Source: Amoebidium appalachense
Lineage: Eukaryota; Protista; Ichthyosporea
DNA length: 64,000 nucleotides
Assembly (NCBI GenBank): GCA_963693365.1
Contig: CAVNZM010000003.1
Coordinates: 7,683,312 to 7,747,311 of the forward strand
Direction of reading: 5' to 3'
The number at the start of each line of letters is the position of its first letter. The first letter of the stretch is position 1. The notes under the pieces were generated by a model. It did no database searches. It was not told the origin of the DNA and saw only the letters and a program-made list of their open reading frames with translations. The position numbers and the translations under genes were made by a program. This document shows positions 31,652 through 45,330 of this stretch, piece after piece.

Positions 31652-32610
31652 TACGATGACGTAGCATCATTTTAGTCACGCCCGACGAAAGCTCAATCAC
31701 GTGCACACGGCGTCACGGAATCCACAGTGAATTCCTCCTGCAGGCCTAGGGCCGGCTCAGCTCAGCTTTGAGGCCTTTAAATTATTCAGGCCTTGAGGTC
31801 TTCATTGGTGCGGTAGGAGAGTCTCGTCCTGCAAATATCATCCCCCCCCCCCTCCCCCTCCCCCTTCCCCCCGGCCCCCGGGCTCCCTTCGGCCGCCTCG
31901 ATCTTACTGTGAAGCATACAATTAATATATAGTATCAGTGATACATATACTAGAGTCTAGCACTGGCTGGTGGCGCACCCGAACTTCTTCACTGATCGCA
32001 TGGCAAACTTTTTCTCACTATTAGTACTCACGACCCCCCTCCCTGCTCACACACCCCCTATCCCCTGATGTACTCGACACACCCACACACGCACATCCCC
32101 CCCCTCCCCCCCCGCAGTGAGATCTCTAAGTGCGGCAGGCACCATTGTCACCAATGTCAGTGTGCAGTTTAACCGTCTTCCCCCCCCCCCCCCCCCCCCC
32201 CCTCCCCCCCCCCTTCCCTCCAAAAAGAGAAAAAAAAAAAAGAAAAGAAAAAAAAGAACTGTCAGTACAGTTGCGAAATGAAAAACACAGCTTCAAGACT
32301 TTACACATGCACAAGACTTTAAATTAGTACCCGAACCCCGGCATCGGATCCCCCCCCCCCCCCCCCCCAACAACAACAACAACCTACCCCCTAAAGCCTT
32401 TCCCCCTGGCCCCTTGGTGTTTCTTTACTATCCTACGTAAGGTATTCTTGATTTTGAAACGTGAAGGGGGGCAGTTGTAACTTTTTTCTTTTTTCTTTCT
32501 TTCTTTTTTTTTTTTTGGGGGGGGGGGGGGGGGGGGCAATCCACCCACCGCTTTGAGCAGGTGGGGGGGAAGGCTACGGAGAGAGGAGAGGGTCGGGCTT
32601 GCAGGGAAAG

Positions 32611-32642
<32 letters not shown>

Positions 32643-33727
32643 CCACCTGAGTAGGTGGGTCCCTTTTGACATCCCTCCCCCCCCCCATCATGTGACTATA
32701 TCCAATCTGGCAAATAATCTGGTCATATGATAGGCTAAGCATTAAGCAGCCGGTTTACATACATTGCCAAAATGCAAACATTTAGGCATACCAATACGAA
32801 TAGGAGTCCTTGATCACCTGAAACTCAGACTACTAGCGGCCGTACGATCATGGTCCCTCCCCCTGTCCCCCCCCCCCCACACACACACACACAAACCCTC
32901 TTGCATTCGTCCCCAGTCGCCCCACCGAGTCCGCACACTCTTTCACTTTCACACGTATTTGATTCTCGTAGTTTCTGTACCTGCACGCGCATGTGCCGCA
33001 GACGCACACGACGTGCACAAGTTTTGACCAACGATGGGCATCCGAAATATGCATGAACATTCAGATACACAAACCCACAACACACACACACACACACATT
33101 CCCCATCACACAGATGCATACACGAACACTAACACTGCACGAGAAATTTCACGCTGACAGCACGATAATTTGCCCAAATAACTCAAAACTTAGAAACCGA
33201 AGGATAGTTGGCCGTTGAGCGCGCGCATGTGTGGCGCGAGTGTCGTGTGTGGGCGCCTGGGCACGTGCATTCAATAGATATTTAATATTGTGCTTGGAAT
33301 GTGCAGGGTGACTCAGAGGGGAGGGGGGGAGGGGGGGGGAAAAGGGGGAGGATTTGAGGGTGGTGGGAGGGGGGGGGGGGGGGGGGGGGGGGGGAGGGGG
33401 GGGGGAGCAAGGGAGGTCCGAGTCGTTAGAGAATGTTATAGAGCATCATGATTCGTGGTACACATGTGCCGCGGACTTATCACTGTGAATGCCGCTGAAA
33501 CGTACCAAAGAACACTGTGGCACAAAGAATATGCATCCCGGCGGGAGAAGAAGCAGAACAGGCCACATTTATCGGCAAATTGGCGATTCAAGCTCGAATC
33601 AAAGCACCAATCCAAAACTCGTTTTTTTAGACTTTTTCAAAGGTGTTTGCGGTTTTGCGGGAGGGGGCACATATGCACCAGCACGATCCGAACGGGTGGG
33701 AAGTGGTGTGCGCGCGCATGTGACACA

Positions 33728-33808
<81 letters not shown>

Positions 33809-33834
33809 TGTGTGTGTGCGTGTGTATGGGTGCG

Positions 33835-33940
<106 letters not shown>

Positions 33941-34173
33941 TGTGTGTGTGTGTGTGTGTGCCGCGCGCGTGTGTGGCGGCATGTGTGCGTGTATGTTGTG
34001 AGGGAGGAGAGGGGGGGGGGGTGGGGGGGGGGGGGGGGGGGGGATATGCGTCAGTGGCCAAAATGGAAGCCATTTCTATGGGGGAAAAAAAAAGAAAGAA
34101 AAGAAAAGAAAAGAAATACAACCTTTGGTGAGTGGAAAAGAGGCTCTGGCCATGGCCACAGGCACGCCGCGCA

Positions 34174-34206
<33 letters not shown>

Positions 34207-34549
34207 CTTGGGCTGGGGGGGCCCACAAACGCATGCGCACACGCACGCACGGACACACAATTTGAAAAACGCACACAAAGGAAAACACAATTAGTAGTAA
34301 AACACTTCCACAAGGAAAACACGTTTGGGGGGTTTACGCTGTTTACTCGAGGCAAAGAGAGACCAGTCTCAGGTATGGGGGGTTTTTGCTCGGAATATCC
34401 CCTCAGTGGTATATCATGATCACGTACATAGATGTCGGGTGATGATTATATATCGGGGTTTACTTTCTCTACGAGACACCATAAAGACTAAGAGAAATCA
34501 ATTAGTTGGGGTCCCCCCCCCCCCCTTTTTTTTTTTTTTTTTTTTTGTG

Positions 34550-34740
34550 TGTGAAACATACAAACAAGGAACACGCACAAGTTTAAGGAACACACAATTC
34601 AAAACACGCACACAAGCAACACACAATTTGAAGCACGCACACAAGGAACTGTTGCACACTATTCGAAACACGCACACAAGGAACACACAATTCGAAACAT
34701 ACCCACAAGGAACACACAATTCGACTCTGAAACACGCGCC
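34550..34740. repeat. About 29-bp minisatellite (acacgcacacaaggaacacacaattcgaa), with a partial copy at about 34250-34292
   Basis: Five to six diverged units read directly. Confidence 0.8.
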
Positions 34741-35058
34741 TACACCACGCCGACTAGTGCCGTGCACGTTCAACTGAGCCTTAAAAGTTGTCACGAGGGG
34801 CTCCAAGAGTGAGAGACTATTTCTAGCAGTGTGATGCAGTGCAAGGCAAGGAAAGCGAGGAGATCTATAATCAATACAGAGAAAAGGCTAAAAGAGAAGG
34901 GAAAAGGAAAGAGATGCAGCACACGGAATATTCGGCAGCTGAAACGTTGCCCCTGAGGACGAGCCCCTGACTGACCCAAAATTCTCCCCGGACCCCCCCG
35001 CCCCCCCACCCACACACACACCCACCCACCCACCCACCCACCCACCCACCCACCCACC

Positions 35059-35148
<90 letters not shown>

Positions 35149-35787
35149 AGCCTTCACCCTACTACTATGGGCACCCTGCGGCCCTCCAGCTTCCCCTAGT
35201 GCCCTCGTCATTTACAACCGGGCCCGGCTACTCATTAGTATGGCCAGAAGGGCCTTGTTCTTAGTGGCTCTCCCCCTTTCTTTCTGACCCTCTACCCTTT
35301 TTGTTCACCGCTTTCTTTCCTACTCGCTTCCTATGTCAACCGCTTTTCGACAGTCCATATGATATCTTTGAAAATCAAGGACACATGGTGTGTTTTTGAC
35401 GTTGTGTATTGATTTTTCACTGGCACACAATTCACATTTATTGTCAGTGGCCCTAATAGCCTAGTAGCTTTGTCATATGTTACATACACTGTCAGTACTT
35501 CCTGCTTTTACGTACACTTGAGTCAGCCAGAATATCAATGCAGAGGTACGTCGAATTCAGCTGCCAGCAGTCATATGAAATTTCCCAGAACTGTACTACG
35601 GTCCAGTATATATATGATAATAACATTGCGACAAACACCCAAGCACAATCAACTTCACACGCGCACGATCATTTCATGTCACCACCCCTAATATATGTGC
35701 ACCAGCGTCACTACCATGTACAGACACACACACACTTCCTATAGATGTACTACGTATCTGCGTGCATGCGCGCATATGCACATTCTA

Positions 35788-36540
35788 CTAGGCTGCTATC
35801 AACGCGCCATCCTCTGCAGCCACTTCTGCGCCACCCACAATTTCAGGCGACTCCTCTTCCAGCGCAGCATACCCATCACTTTCCGCTGTGCCAATCTTCC
35901 TCCCCACAAAATCACTCGAGCTGCCTGCCCAGTCGCTGACTTTGTCTTTTGCCGCACTTGCCGCGTCGCCGACCTTGCTGGCGACAGATTTAAGGGCACT
36001 GGCGATACCGTCGAAGATGCCGTCAGCGTTGCGTCTCGTGTGTGCGTGCACGTGACCAGAGCCTGCATGTGCACCCTTGCGTGGCACTGCCTGCACCGAG
36101 TTGTGCACGGCAGGGTCAAGCGAGACATGTTTGCCAATGCCGCCAAAAGGGAGACTGCGCCTCGTGTATACGTGCATGTTGTCGTGGGGGGATGCGCGGG
36201 CCATGGATATGCACGTGTTCTGGCACATGACTCTCAGCTGCTTACGGTTGAAGGGGGAGGCACGGAACGTGTAGGTGGAGGGAGGGATGAGGCGGAGTGT
36301 CTGTTCGCACGTGGCAGCACACAGGGACTGAAGCCGACTCTCAGCCTCACAGGTGCGCTCACACTCAGACACGGCGTTTCCCCCCACGCTCGCCACCGAG
36401 TGGCATGAGAGGATGCAAGAGGTGGTGATGGTGGACGGAGTGGTGGCGGCTGGTGGGGTGGTGGGAGAGGTGGTGGGTGGGCTGCCAGCAGCGGCACAGA
36501 GGGATAGGGCGGCGAGACAGAGGTAGGTGAATGGCGCCAT
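35788..36540 (-). CDS. Secreted 8-Cys (4 x CxxxC) precursor-like protein, paralogue 1, 250 aa
   Basis: Intronless ATG-to-TAG ORF; signal peptide MAPFTYLCLAALSLCAAAG; Pro/Thr linker; CILSC, CERTC, CAATC, CQNTC; His-rich spacer; TRR then an amphipathic segment and acidic tail; two close paralogues nearby differing by in-frame indels. Confidence 0.85.
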   Translation of the reverse strand: MAPFTYLCLAALSLCAAAGSPPTTSPTTPPAATTPSTITTSCILSCHSVASVGGNAVSECERTCEAESRLQSLCAATCEQTLRLIPPSTYTFRASPFNRKQLRVMCQNTCISMARASPHDNMHVYTRRSLPFGGIGKHVSLDPAVHNSVQAVPRKGAHAGSGHVHAHTRRNADGIFDGIASALKSVASKVGDAASAAKDKVSDWAGSSSDFVGRKIGTAESDGYAALEEESPEIVGGAEVAAEDGALIAA

Positions 36541-36642
36541 GTTGATGGTGTTTGCTGTTGAGCTGGTTTACTAACTCTATTCCTGTTTTTTTGCGGTTGT
36601 GTGGCTTGAAACTTCTGAGGAAATGAAAGTTCCGCAGGTTGC

Positions 36643-36830
36643 TTTTATAGTTTCGGGTTGCGTGCTTGTGGAAGTTGTGGTCCGGCCGGCGGCGCCGGCG
36701 GCATCTGTCAACTGATTGGTAGCCAATCATCAATGGCTCACGTAAATCTACGCGCTAAATGATTGGTTTACATCGTGTAGACGAATCTCGGAATCTAGAT
36801 CTCGACGAGCCATCTTGGTGATCGTCTGGA
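36643..36830 (-). promoter_or_regulatory. Conserved promoter module of paralogue 1 (TATAAAA plus CCAAT boxes)
   Basis: TATAAAA on - strand at 36643-36649, about 100 bp from ATG; inverted CCAAT pair tgattggtagccaatca 36713-36729 and atgattgg near 36759; module conserved upstream of the other paralogues. Confidence 0.6.
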
Positions 36831-37472
36831 TCACGGCCCCGTAGGCTCCCTATACCTCTCCAGTGATCACTCTCCGCTGAACCCCGGCAGGGGTACAGGG
36901 AAGGTGACGGGGAGGGAAGTGAAAAGGGGGGAGTTGGGGGGGGGGGGGGGGGGGGGGGAGTGCGGGGAAGGGGGAGGAGGATCGATGGCGGGGGGGGGGG
37001 GGGGGGGGGGGGGAGAGTGTGAGCGGATCCGGAAGAAGGGGATGCATGCGGATCGGGCCATCCGGGGGTTCGAACCAGAGAGACAGAGAGAGAGAGAAGG
37101 AGGGGGGGGGGGGGGGGGGGGGAAAGAGAGAGAGAGAGAGAGAGAGAGACATGGAGCATGGGGGGACGGGGGTTGGGGGGAGGGACATCTTGAGTGATTG
37201 ATTGAGTGTGAAAGAGAGGGAGGGGGCGGGGGGGAGATAGATAGAGAGAGATTCGGGGGGGGGGGGGGGGGGGGGAGGGAGGGATGGAGGGGGGGGGGGG
37301 AGATAGAGAGAGAGAGAGAGAGGGAGGGAGGGAGGGAGGGAGGGAGGGAGGGAGGGAGGGAGGGAGGGAGGGAGAGAGTGAGAGTGAGATTGAGAGACTG
37401 AGAGAGAAGAGAGAGAGAGGAGAGAGAGAGAGCGACTTGGAATGAAACGCTGCCCCCACCAAACGTGCTGCC

Positions 37473-37506
<34 letters not shown>

Positions 37507-38907
37507 ATTCCGCTGCCCCGTTCCATTTCTCAAAAGAAAAAAGGGGTGAAGAAAGGGTAGGGGGGTGGGGGGGAGAAAAAAGAAAGGAAGGGAAAAAAAA
37601 AGAAAAGAATAAAAGAATAATTTAAAAGGCCAGCTTCTTTTGAAAGTGTACTCTCATTAAGGCCTAGGACCCCCCTCCCCCCCTCCCCCCTCTCCTTCCC
37701 CCTCCCCCCCCCCTTCTTCCTCCCCCCCTCCCCCCCCATCCCCTCACAACTACCACCAAAAGTTGTAGTAGACTAAATATATTTGTCAACCCTTGCCAAA
37801 GTTCACCCCCTCAATATGTTCATCTGTTTATGTCATGTATCAGTGCATGCGCATGGAGCTTACGTGTGAAGGGTAAGCACGTGTTTCCGTAGGTTCGAGG
37901 AGTGTGTGTATTTGTGGGCACCAAAATAGATGCCATATGCAGTAGGCATGTGAACCCGAACTCGTTCTTGTGTATTGCATGCACGTTTATACATCAAACC
38001 CTTCCATTGAGTAACCGTAGAGAGCACGTGCAATTATAAATAAGAGGATACATTTCTCTTCTGGCCGAGGAAAACTAGTGCCACTACTACATATAGTTCC
38101 TAATACTCGCAGCTGCTTGCGGCCGAGAGAAATCCTAGGAGCTAAAAAGCCATACGTATGCAGTGTGAGGGCCGGGCCGAAGGGGGGGGGAGGGGAGGGG
38201 GGGGGAGGCGCTCAAGGGGGAGGGAGGAAGAGCGAAAGCAGGAGAGGGAGGGAAGGGGGAAGGAGGGTGAGGGGGGGGGGGGGGGGGGGGGATAAATGCA
38301 TGAGAGGATTACAAATAAACATGGATTGAATTTGATAAGAGGTCTTTTATATCATTGCGATAAATCCTTAACTCGATGGCAGGCACAAGACACCAAATTT
38401 AGTCTGAATGAAGTATTGGAAGTGTGCACTCTAGATCTCTGTGTGTGTGTGGGTGGGTGGGTGGTTGGACCCGGGGGGGGGGGACGTTTTCCAAACACTA
38501 GCTAGGGCCCCCAAAAAACAAATACGAGAACGCTGGAAGGAAAAAATGGGGAAGGAATTCAGAACTACAAGTCTTCTAGGTGTAAGCAGGAAAACAAAAT
38601 CAAAAAAAAAACAGGGCCCTGGCATTTTGGGCCGAAGATGGAAAAAAGGGAGGAATTAGCGAAAAATAAAAGAGCTAATTTTTGGGAAGAATTAGAAGGT
38701 TTACTGAACGAGAGAAATACATAGCAGTTAAGGAGGACAGGGGCATACCACTGGATGGCATGCCTTTTTACTTTACGAGGGAGGGAGGGGAGGGAGCTCG
38801 AGGGAGGGAGGAGGCGGCGGAGGCCCGGGGGGAAGGGGGGAGGGGTGGGGAGGGATATGAAGAGGGGCGCGGATCATTGCGGATGGGTCAAGGCAGGATC
38901 GGGGCAG

Positions 38908-38974
<67 letters not shown>

Positions 38975-39065
38975 CGCGCGCGCGCGCGTGCGCTTGTGCG
39001 TGTGTGTGTGTGTGCGTGTTCGTGTGCGTGTTCATGTGCGTGTGCGTGTGCGTGTGTGTGCGTGC

Positions 39066-39121
<56 letters not shown>

Positions 39122-39427
39122 GGGAGGGAGGGAGGGGGGGATGAGCAGGGGACTCTGGCCGGGTGTCAACCTTGAGGGTTTGAGGGCGTTGAGGCAAATT
39201 CATTTTTAGAAGTTATTTTTTTGGCCAGTTATTGCAGTATTATTGAGCTTAAGCTTATACTGAAGTGGTAAACTAACACTGTGCAGAGGAAATTGACACC
39301 ACGGTCAGTTAGTTGCCCTATAGCTACGTATACATCTAAATTTAAGGCTTCTTTGAAAAGGAATACATGGCCTTATATCGGCCTAACTACCTAATATCAA
39401 AGGGCAGTACATATGTATGTAACCTTG

Positions 39428-40221
39428 CTAGGCTTCTACCAAAGCGCCCTCCTCGGCACCCGCTTCTGCGCCAGCCACAAGTTCAGGTGACTCCTCTTTA
39501 GCCTCTTCCAGCGCGGCATAGCCCTCCTCTGCGGCGTAGCCAAACGTCTTGCTCATGCAATCGCTGGCCTTGCTCACTATGCTACTGTTTTTGTCGGCAA
39601 CCGCGCTGAAGGCACCGCTAATGCCGTCGATGAACCCGTCAGCATTCCGTCTCGTGTGTGCGTGCACGTGACCAGAGGCTGCATGTGCACCCCTGCCTGC
39701 CACTGCCTGCACCGAGTTGTGTCCGGCGTCATGCGTGGCAACCTCCTTATTTAAATTTGCTGCCGAGATGGTCGGGGGAACTCGTCCATCGGGTCAAGCG
39801 AGACATGTTTGCCAATGCCGCCAAAAGGGAGACTGCGCCTCGTGTATACGTGCATGTTGTCGTGGGGGGATGCGCGGGCCATGGATGTGCATGTGTTCTG
39901 GCGCATGACTCTCAGCTGCTTGCGGTTGAAGGGGGAGGAGGCACGGAACGTGTTGGTGGAGGGAGGGATGAGGCTGAGTGTCTGTTCGCACGTGGCAGCA
40001 CACAGAGACTGAATCCGACTCTCAGCCTCACAGGTGCGCTCACACTCAGACACGGCGTTTCCCCCCACACTCGCCACCGAGTGGCATGAGAGGATGCAAG
40101 AGGTGGTGATGGTGGACGGAGTGGTGGCGGCTGGTGGGGTGGTGGGAGGGGTGGTGGGTGGGCTGCCAGCAGCGGCACGGAGGGAGAGGGCGGCGAGACA
40201 GAGGTAGGTAAAAGGAGACAT
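39428..40221 (-). pseudogene. Paralogue 2 of the secreted 8-Cys precursor family, frameshifted
   Basis: One T missing between 39773 and 39774 relative to paralogue 3 (gatggtc-gggggaact vs gatggtctgggggaact) causes a stop at 39751; restoring it gives FPQTISAANLNKEVATHDAGHNSVQAVAGR through to TAG at 39428. Confidence 0.75.
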
Positions 40222-40444
40222 GTTGAAGGTGTTAAAATGTTGAGCTGCTTACTTGCCCTATTTTTGTGTTTTGCTGTTGTGTGCTCGTTGGAACTTCTGA
40301 CGAAAAGAAAGGCCGCAGGTTGCTTAGATTTGGCGTGGCACGCTCGTCATTCGGCGGCATCTGAAGTCAAGTGACTAGCAGCCAATCATCAATGGCACAT
40401 GAAGTTCTAGGCGTTAATATGATTGGTTTACACCGTGTAGACGA

Positions 40445-40815
40445 CAGGGTTGGGCTGGGCCAGTTGTAACGGACAGTTTCTTAATCGTAAAGGGGGGGTT
40501 TTGGGGGATCTTCAAGCCCAGCTAAAACGCCCCTCCAGTCACAGAACTCAAAATACGCGCTTTTACAAATTAAGTATCACATTACAGCCCTGGACACTTG
40601 TCGGGGTTCGATATTGCTCATGAGAAGCGCTGTAGATATGTTCTTGAACAGAAATATTGAAAAAATTAGGGACAGTTAGAGTATGGGGGCCTTAAAGCGT
40701 TTGTAATGCTATACATCTGATACGAAAGCTGTTACGACGGCACCCTAACCTTATTCGTATCGGGGTCTTTCGTTAATCGTAATCACGACGATTTTTTTTC
40801 GTAACCGCCCCCCTG
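40445..40815. mobile_element. 371-bp hAT-like MITE with 8-bp target-site duplication
   Basis: gtagacga at 40437-40444 and 40816-40823; termini CAGGG and CCCTG; the empty site (single gtagacga) is present at the matching positions of paralogues 1 (about 36777) and 3 (about 45283). Confidence 0.9.
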
Positions 40816-41102
40816 GTAGACGAATCTCCAGGAATCTAGATCTCGAGGAGTCGTCTGGATCACGGCCCGGCTCCCGCGCATCTCTTGATCACTCTACCCT
40901 TCGGGGTATGCATACATGGGAGGGAACGGGGAGGGGATTGAAGGAAGGGGGAGAGAAGGGGGAGGGGGGGGGGGGGGGGGGAAGGTTGACCGGAAGGGGA
41001 TGGAGGGAGGGACGGGATGGGGAGAGAGCGAGAGCAGGAGAAGAATGAGTTGAGAGAGAGACAGAGAAAGAGAGAGAGAGAGAGAGAGTGACAGAGAGAG
41101 AG

Positions 41103-41234
<132 letters not shown>

Positions 41235-41347
41235 AGAGAGCAGTGGGGAGGGGGAAGGGGGGAAGGGGGGGGGACGAGAGAGAGAGCGAAAGAGAGCGAG
41301 ATATACACAAACACAGGGAGAGAGAGAGGAGAGGGGGGGGGGGGGGG

Positions 41348-41380
<33 letters not shown>

Positions 41381-42152
41381 TGTGTGTGTGTGGGAGGGAT
41401 GCACAGAAAGAGAGAGAGAGAGGTAGAGAGGGGGGGGAGGGGGGGAAGGGGGGAGAGAGAGAGAGGGGGAGAGAGGGAGGGGGGAGGGAGGAAGAGAGGG
41501 AGAGAAAGAGAGAGGGAGGTGGGGAGGGAGAGGAGAGAGAGAGAAGATACACCGAAAGGAAAGGGAGCCATCGGGAGGGAGAGGAGAGAGAGATCTAGAG
41601 AAGATACACGGAAAGAAAATGGAGCCATCCCCCTTGCAAACGTGCGCCCCTCCGGAGCCCTTCTAACAACTCCACTATCCCCCCCCCCCCCCCCCCCCCC
41701 CTTTCCCTACCAGTTTTCATCGGGTTTTTTTTAAAAAGAAAAAAAGAAAAAGAAAAAAAGAAAAAAAAACCACCAGACGAATTAAAGAAAAAAAAGAAAC
41801 TCGCCTAGTATGTGCACTCCAATCACCCCCCTCCCCCCTCTTCCCCTCCCGCCCCTCCCTCCCTCATCCCCAACAAACAATATAAGCGACAAATATTTGA
41901 GAACCCTGGCTAAGTCACCCCCTCCCCCTATTTTTGTCTGTGCATGTGTAAGTGCATGTAAGTGTGTGCGTGCGGGAGGGTTAACCCGTGTGTCTGCGTG
42001 AAGTGCATGTGTGTGTTTTTGACCAGCAGCAGGCCCATGCTAGTAAGCATGTGAAACCGAAATCTGTTCTCTCTATGTGGTTTGTACAGCAAAAAGGTTC
42101 ATTGAGTAACAATTTATTTCAACGGATGAAAATGTATGTGTGTGTGTGTGTG

Positions 42153-42217
<65 letters not shown>

Positions 42218-42492
42218 GGGGGGAGGGGGGAGGGGGGGGGGGGGGGGGGGACGAAGAGGCCAAAGGCGGGGGAGGGGGGAGGAGGAGAGTGGAGCGGGCC
42301 CACGGAATTCTCGCGACAAGCGTAAGAGAAAATAAAATATTAGTTCAGGAGACCTTTACCCAAACACGCTCCCCGTCAATTAGGTAACTTGGAACAGTGC
42401 ACATGGCTATCGTTCTGAGAGGAGCTAGGGGGGCCCAAAGTTGTGCAATTATGTAGATTCCGGTGTGTGCGGTGTGTACGTGTGTGTGTGTT

Positions 42493-42600
<108 letters not shown>

Positions 42601-43078
42601 TGTGTGTGCGCGCGCGCGCGCGCGCGCACAATGTGTGTTTGATAAGGGGGAAGAAGTATAGCTAATTCAGACCATGGAATGCTTTTCTACGGTCTGAGTA
42701 TGTTCTATGCAGTAATGATAGCACTTGCCAACAGTGTAGTTACGCGCAGCCACACAGCTTTTATAAACTTTAGCCAACCTTCCGGTATTTTCACTCCAAG
42801 TTGTTTCCCTGGTACCCCCACCCCCCGTCACCCCCTCCCCACCCCTTCCGCAGCCCTCCATCCCCCGTTGTACGTACGTACCACTGATTACCTTGCTAGC
42901 TAAAAAATACACACTGAGTGTGGGACTCTTGCAGGGTTGTTGCATATACGGTGTTTTTTTGGAAAGGAATTACAATGGTTATGAGATACCATTACCAGCA
43001 AAACGTTTGCACTTGCAACACAAGACTAACACTGAGACTGAAAAATTCACGGCGCTTTCTTTTTAGTTCACCGAGCCT

Positions 43079-43124
<46 letters not shown>

Positions 43125-43743
43125 TCGGGTCTAGAATCAAGTTTTATAGATGCGGACACAAGAAATTTTTAAAGAAAGAGCCCTTTAATCTTTTTAACTG
43201 CCCTAATAGGCAAAAGATGAAAGAAAGGAGATAATATGACGAGAATAAAGAAGCCAGTCGGGAAGAGTTAAAGGGTTTACTAAATAAAAGAGGGAAACAG
43301 GAACCAAGGAGGACAGGGGCACACCACTGGTTGGCCTGCCTGTGTAAATGACGAGGGAGGGAATAAGGGAAAGGGGGGGAGAGGGGGGGGGGGGGGAGGT
43401 TGGAATATGAGGAGGGGTGCGGACGATTGCGGGCGGGGGGGAATCGAGGCAAACAGGGGAGGAAGGGTTCCGGTTGAAAAGAGCTGAGGTGCATGTGTAC
43501 AGGCGTGCGGGCGTGCGTGCGCGCGCACGCGCGTGTGTGTGCGTGTGTGTGTGCGCATGCGTGTGTGCGTGCGTGCGTCCGTACGTGCGTGCGTGCGTCC
43601 GTGCGTGCGCGCGTACGTGCGTGCGTGTGTGCGTGCGTGCGTACGTGCGTGGGTGTGTTTGTGTGTGGGTCGTGTGTGCGTGCGTGTGTATGCGTGTGTG
43701 GATGTGTGCGTGCGGGTGTGTGTATTTAGTGTGTGTGTCTGTG

Positions 43744-43775
<32 letters not shown>

Positions 43776-44035
43776 GTTAGGTGGGAGTGTGGGGAGGAAG
43801 GGGGGGGAGGGGGGACAGGAATTCGAGTGAGGAGGATATCGATGTGCAGGTGACTCCGGGCGCCAACCTTGAGGGTTTGACAGAGGGTAGTGAGGCATTT
43901 CTTTTCATGGGCTTTTATTTTCCAGCAGTTGAATTGTTTCTATCAAATCGTATTATTATCAGTGACCCTAATTTTGAGCCACCTTCGGCAAAAACCATAT
44001 GTAAGACGATCAATCTGAGTTCTGTCTCCCTGCAA

Positions 44036-44079
<44 letters not shown>

Positions 44080-44253
44080 CGCCGTCCCGAAGCGTAGTAA
44101 GGCCTTTTTTTATGTCGCCGTCTCGCAGCGTAGTAGGCCCCAGCCTTATTAATACGTAGGCCAGCGGGCACTAAGCCTTGGAGATGCATATACATTCGGC
44201 AACCGTGTAGCTATCTAAATCTGTCTAACTACTTATCTCATATGAACACCTTA

Positions 44254-45051
44254 TTAGGCTGCTACCAAAGCGCCATCCTCTGCAGCCACTTCTGCGCCAG
44301 CCACAAGTTCGGGTGACTCCTCTTCCAGCGCAGCATATCCCTCCTCTGTGGCGGTGCCCACCTTCCTCGCCGCCCAGTCGCCTGCCTTGCTTGCTATGCT
44401 GCTGGCTTTGTCTGCAACCGCAGTGAAGACACCGGTGATGCCGTCAAAAAATCCGTCGGCATTGCGTCTCGTGTGTGCGTGCACGTGACCAGAGGAGGCA
44501 TGTGCACCCCTGCCTGCCACTGCCTGCACCGATTTGTGTCCGTCGTCATGCTTGGCAACCCACTCACCCCTTGCTGCCGGGATGGTCTGGGGGAACTCGT
44601 CCATCGGGTCAAGGGAGAAATGTTCGCCAATGCCGCCAAAGGGGGGACTGCCCCTCGTGAACACTTGTGCGTGGTCGTAGGGGGATGCGCGTGCGTGCTT
44701 GGCATGTTCTTCCGATCCGACAGGACCCAAGGCAGCCATGGATGTGCACGTGTTCTGGCACATGACTCTCAGCTGCTTGCGGTTGAAGGGGGAGGCACGG
44801 AACGTGTAGGTGGAGGGAGGGATGAGGCGGAGTGTCTGTTCGCACGTGGCAGCACACAGGGACTGAAGCTGACTCTCAGCCTCACAGGTGCGCTCACACT
44901 CAGGCACGGCATTTCCCCCCACACTCGCCACCGAGTGGCATGAGAGGATGCAAGAGGTGGTGATGGGGGACGGAGTGGTGGTGGCAGCAGCGGCATAGAG
45001 CGAGAGGGCGGCGAGACATAGGTAGGCGTACAGGTAGGTGAGAGGCGCCAT
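44254..45051 (-). CDS. Secreted 8-Cys (4 x CxxxC) precursor-like protein, paralogue 3, 265 aa
   Basis: Intact intronless ORF with the same architecture as paralogue 1; after TRR reads NADGFFDGITGVFTAVADKASSIASKAGDWAARKVG. Confidence 0.85.
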   Translation of the reverse strand: MAPLTYLYAYLCLAALSLYAAAATTTPSPITTSCILSCHSVASVGGNAVPECERTCEAESQLQSLCAATCEQTLRLIPPSTYTFRASPFNRKQLRVMCQNTCTSMAALGPVGSEEHAKHARASPYDHAQVFTRGSPPFGGIGEHFSLDPMDEFPQTIPAARGEWVAKHDDGHKSVQAVAGRGAHASSGHVHAHTRRNADGFFDGITGVFTAVADKASSIASKAGDWAARKVGTATEEGYAALEEESPELVAGAEVAAEDGALVAA

Positions 45052-45157
45052 GTTGAAGGTGTTTGCTGTTTAAATATTGAGCTGCTTACTCTATTCCTGC
45101 TATTTGCTGTTGTTTGTTCGTTGGAACTTCTGAGGGAAGGAAAGTTCCGCTGGTTGC

Positions 45158-45330
45158 TTATATAGTTTTCGCCGCCCATTTTTCAATTTCGGGCGTGGTT
45201 CGGCGGCATCTGTCAACTGACTTATAGCCAATCATTAATGGCTCATGAAGTTCTATGCGTTAATATGATTGGATTAAATCGTGTAGACGAATATCGGAAT
45301 CTAGATCTCGAGGAGTCGTCTGGATCACGG
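45158..45330 (-). promoter_or_regulatory. Conserved promoter module of paralogue 3 (TATATAA plus CCAAT boxes)
   Basis: TATATAA on - strand at 45158-45164; agccaatcat and atgattgg in the same arrangement as in paralogue 1. Confidence 0.6.
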
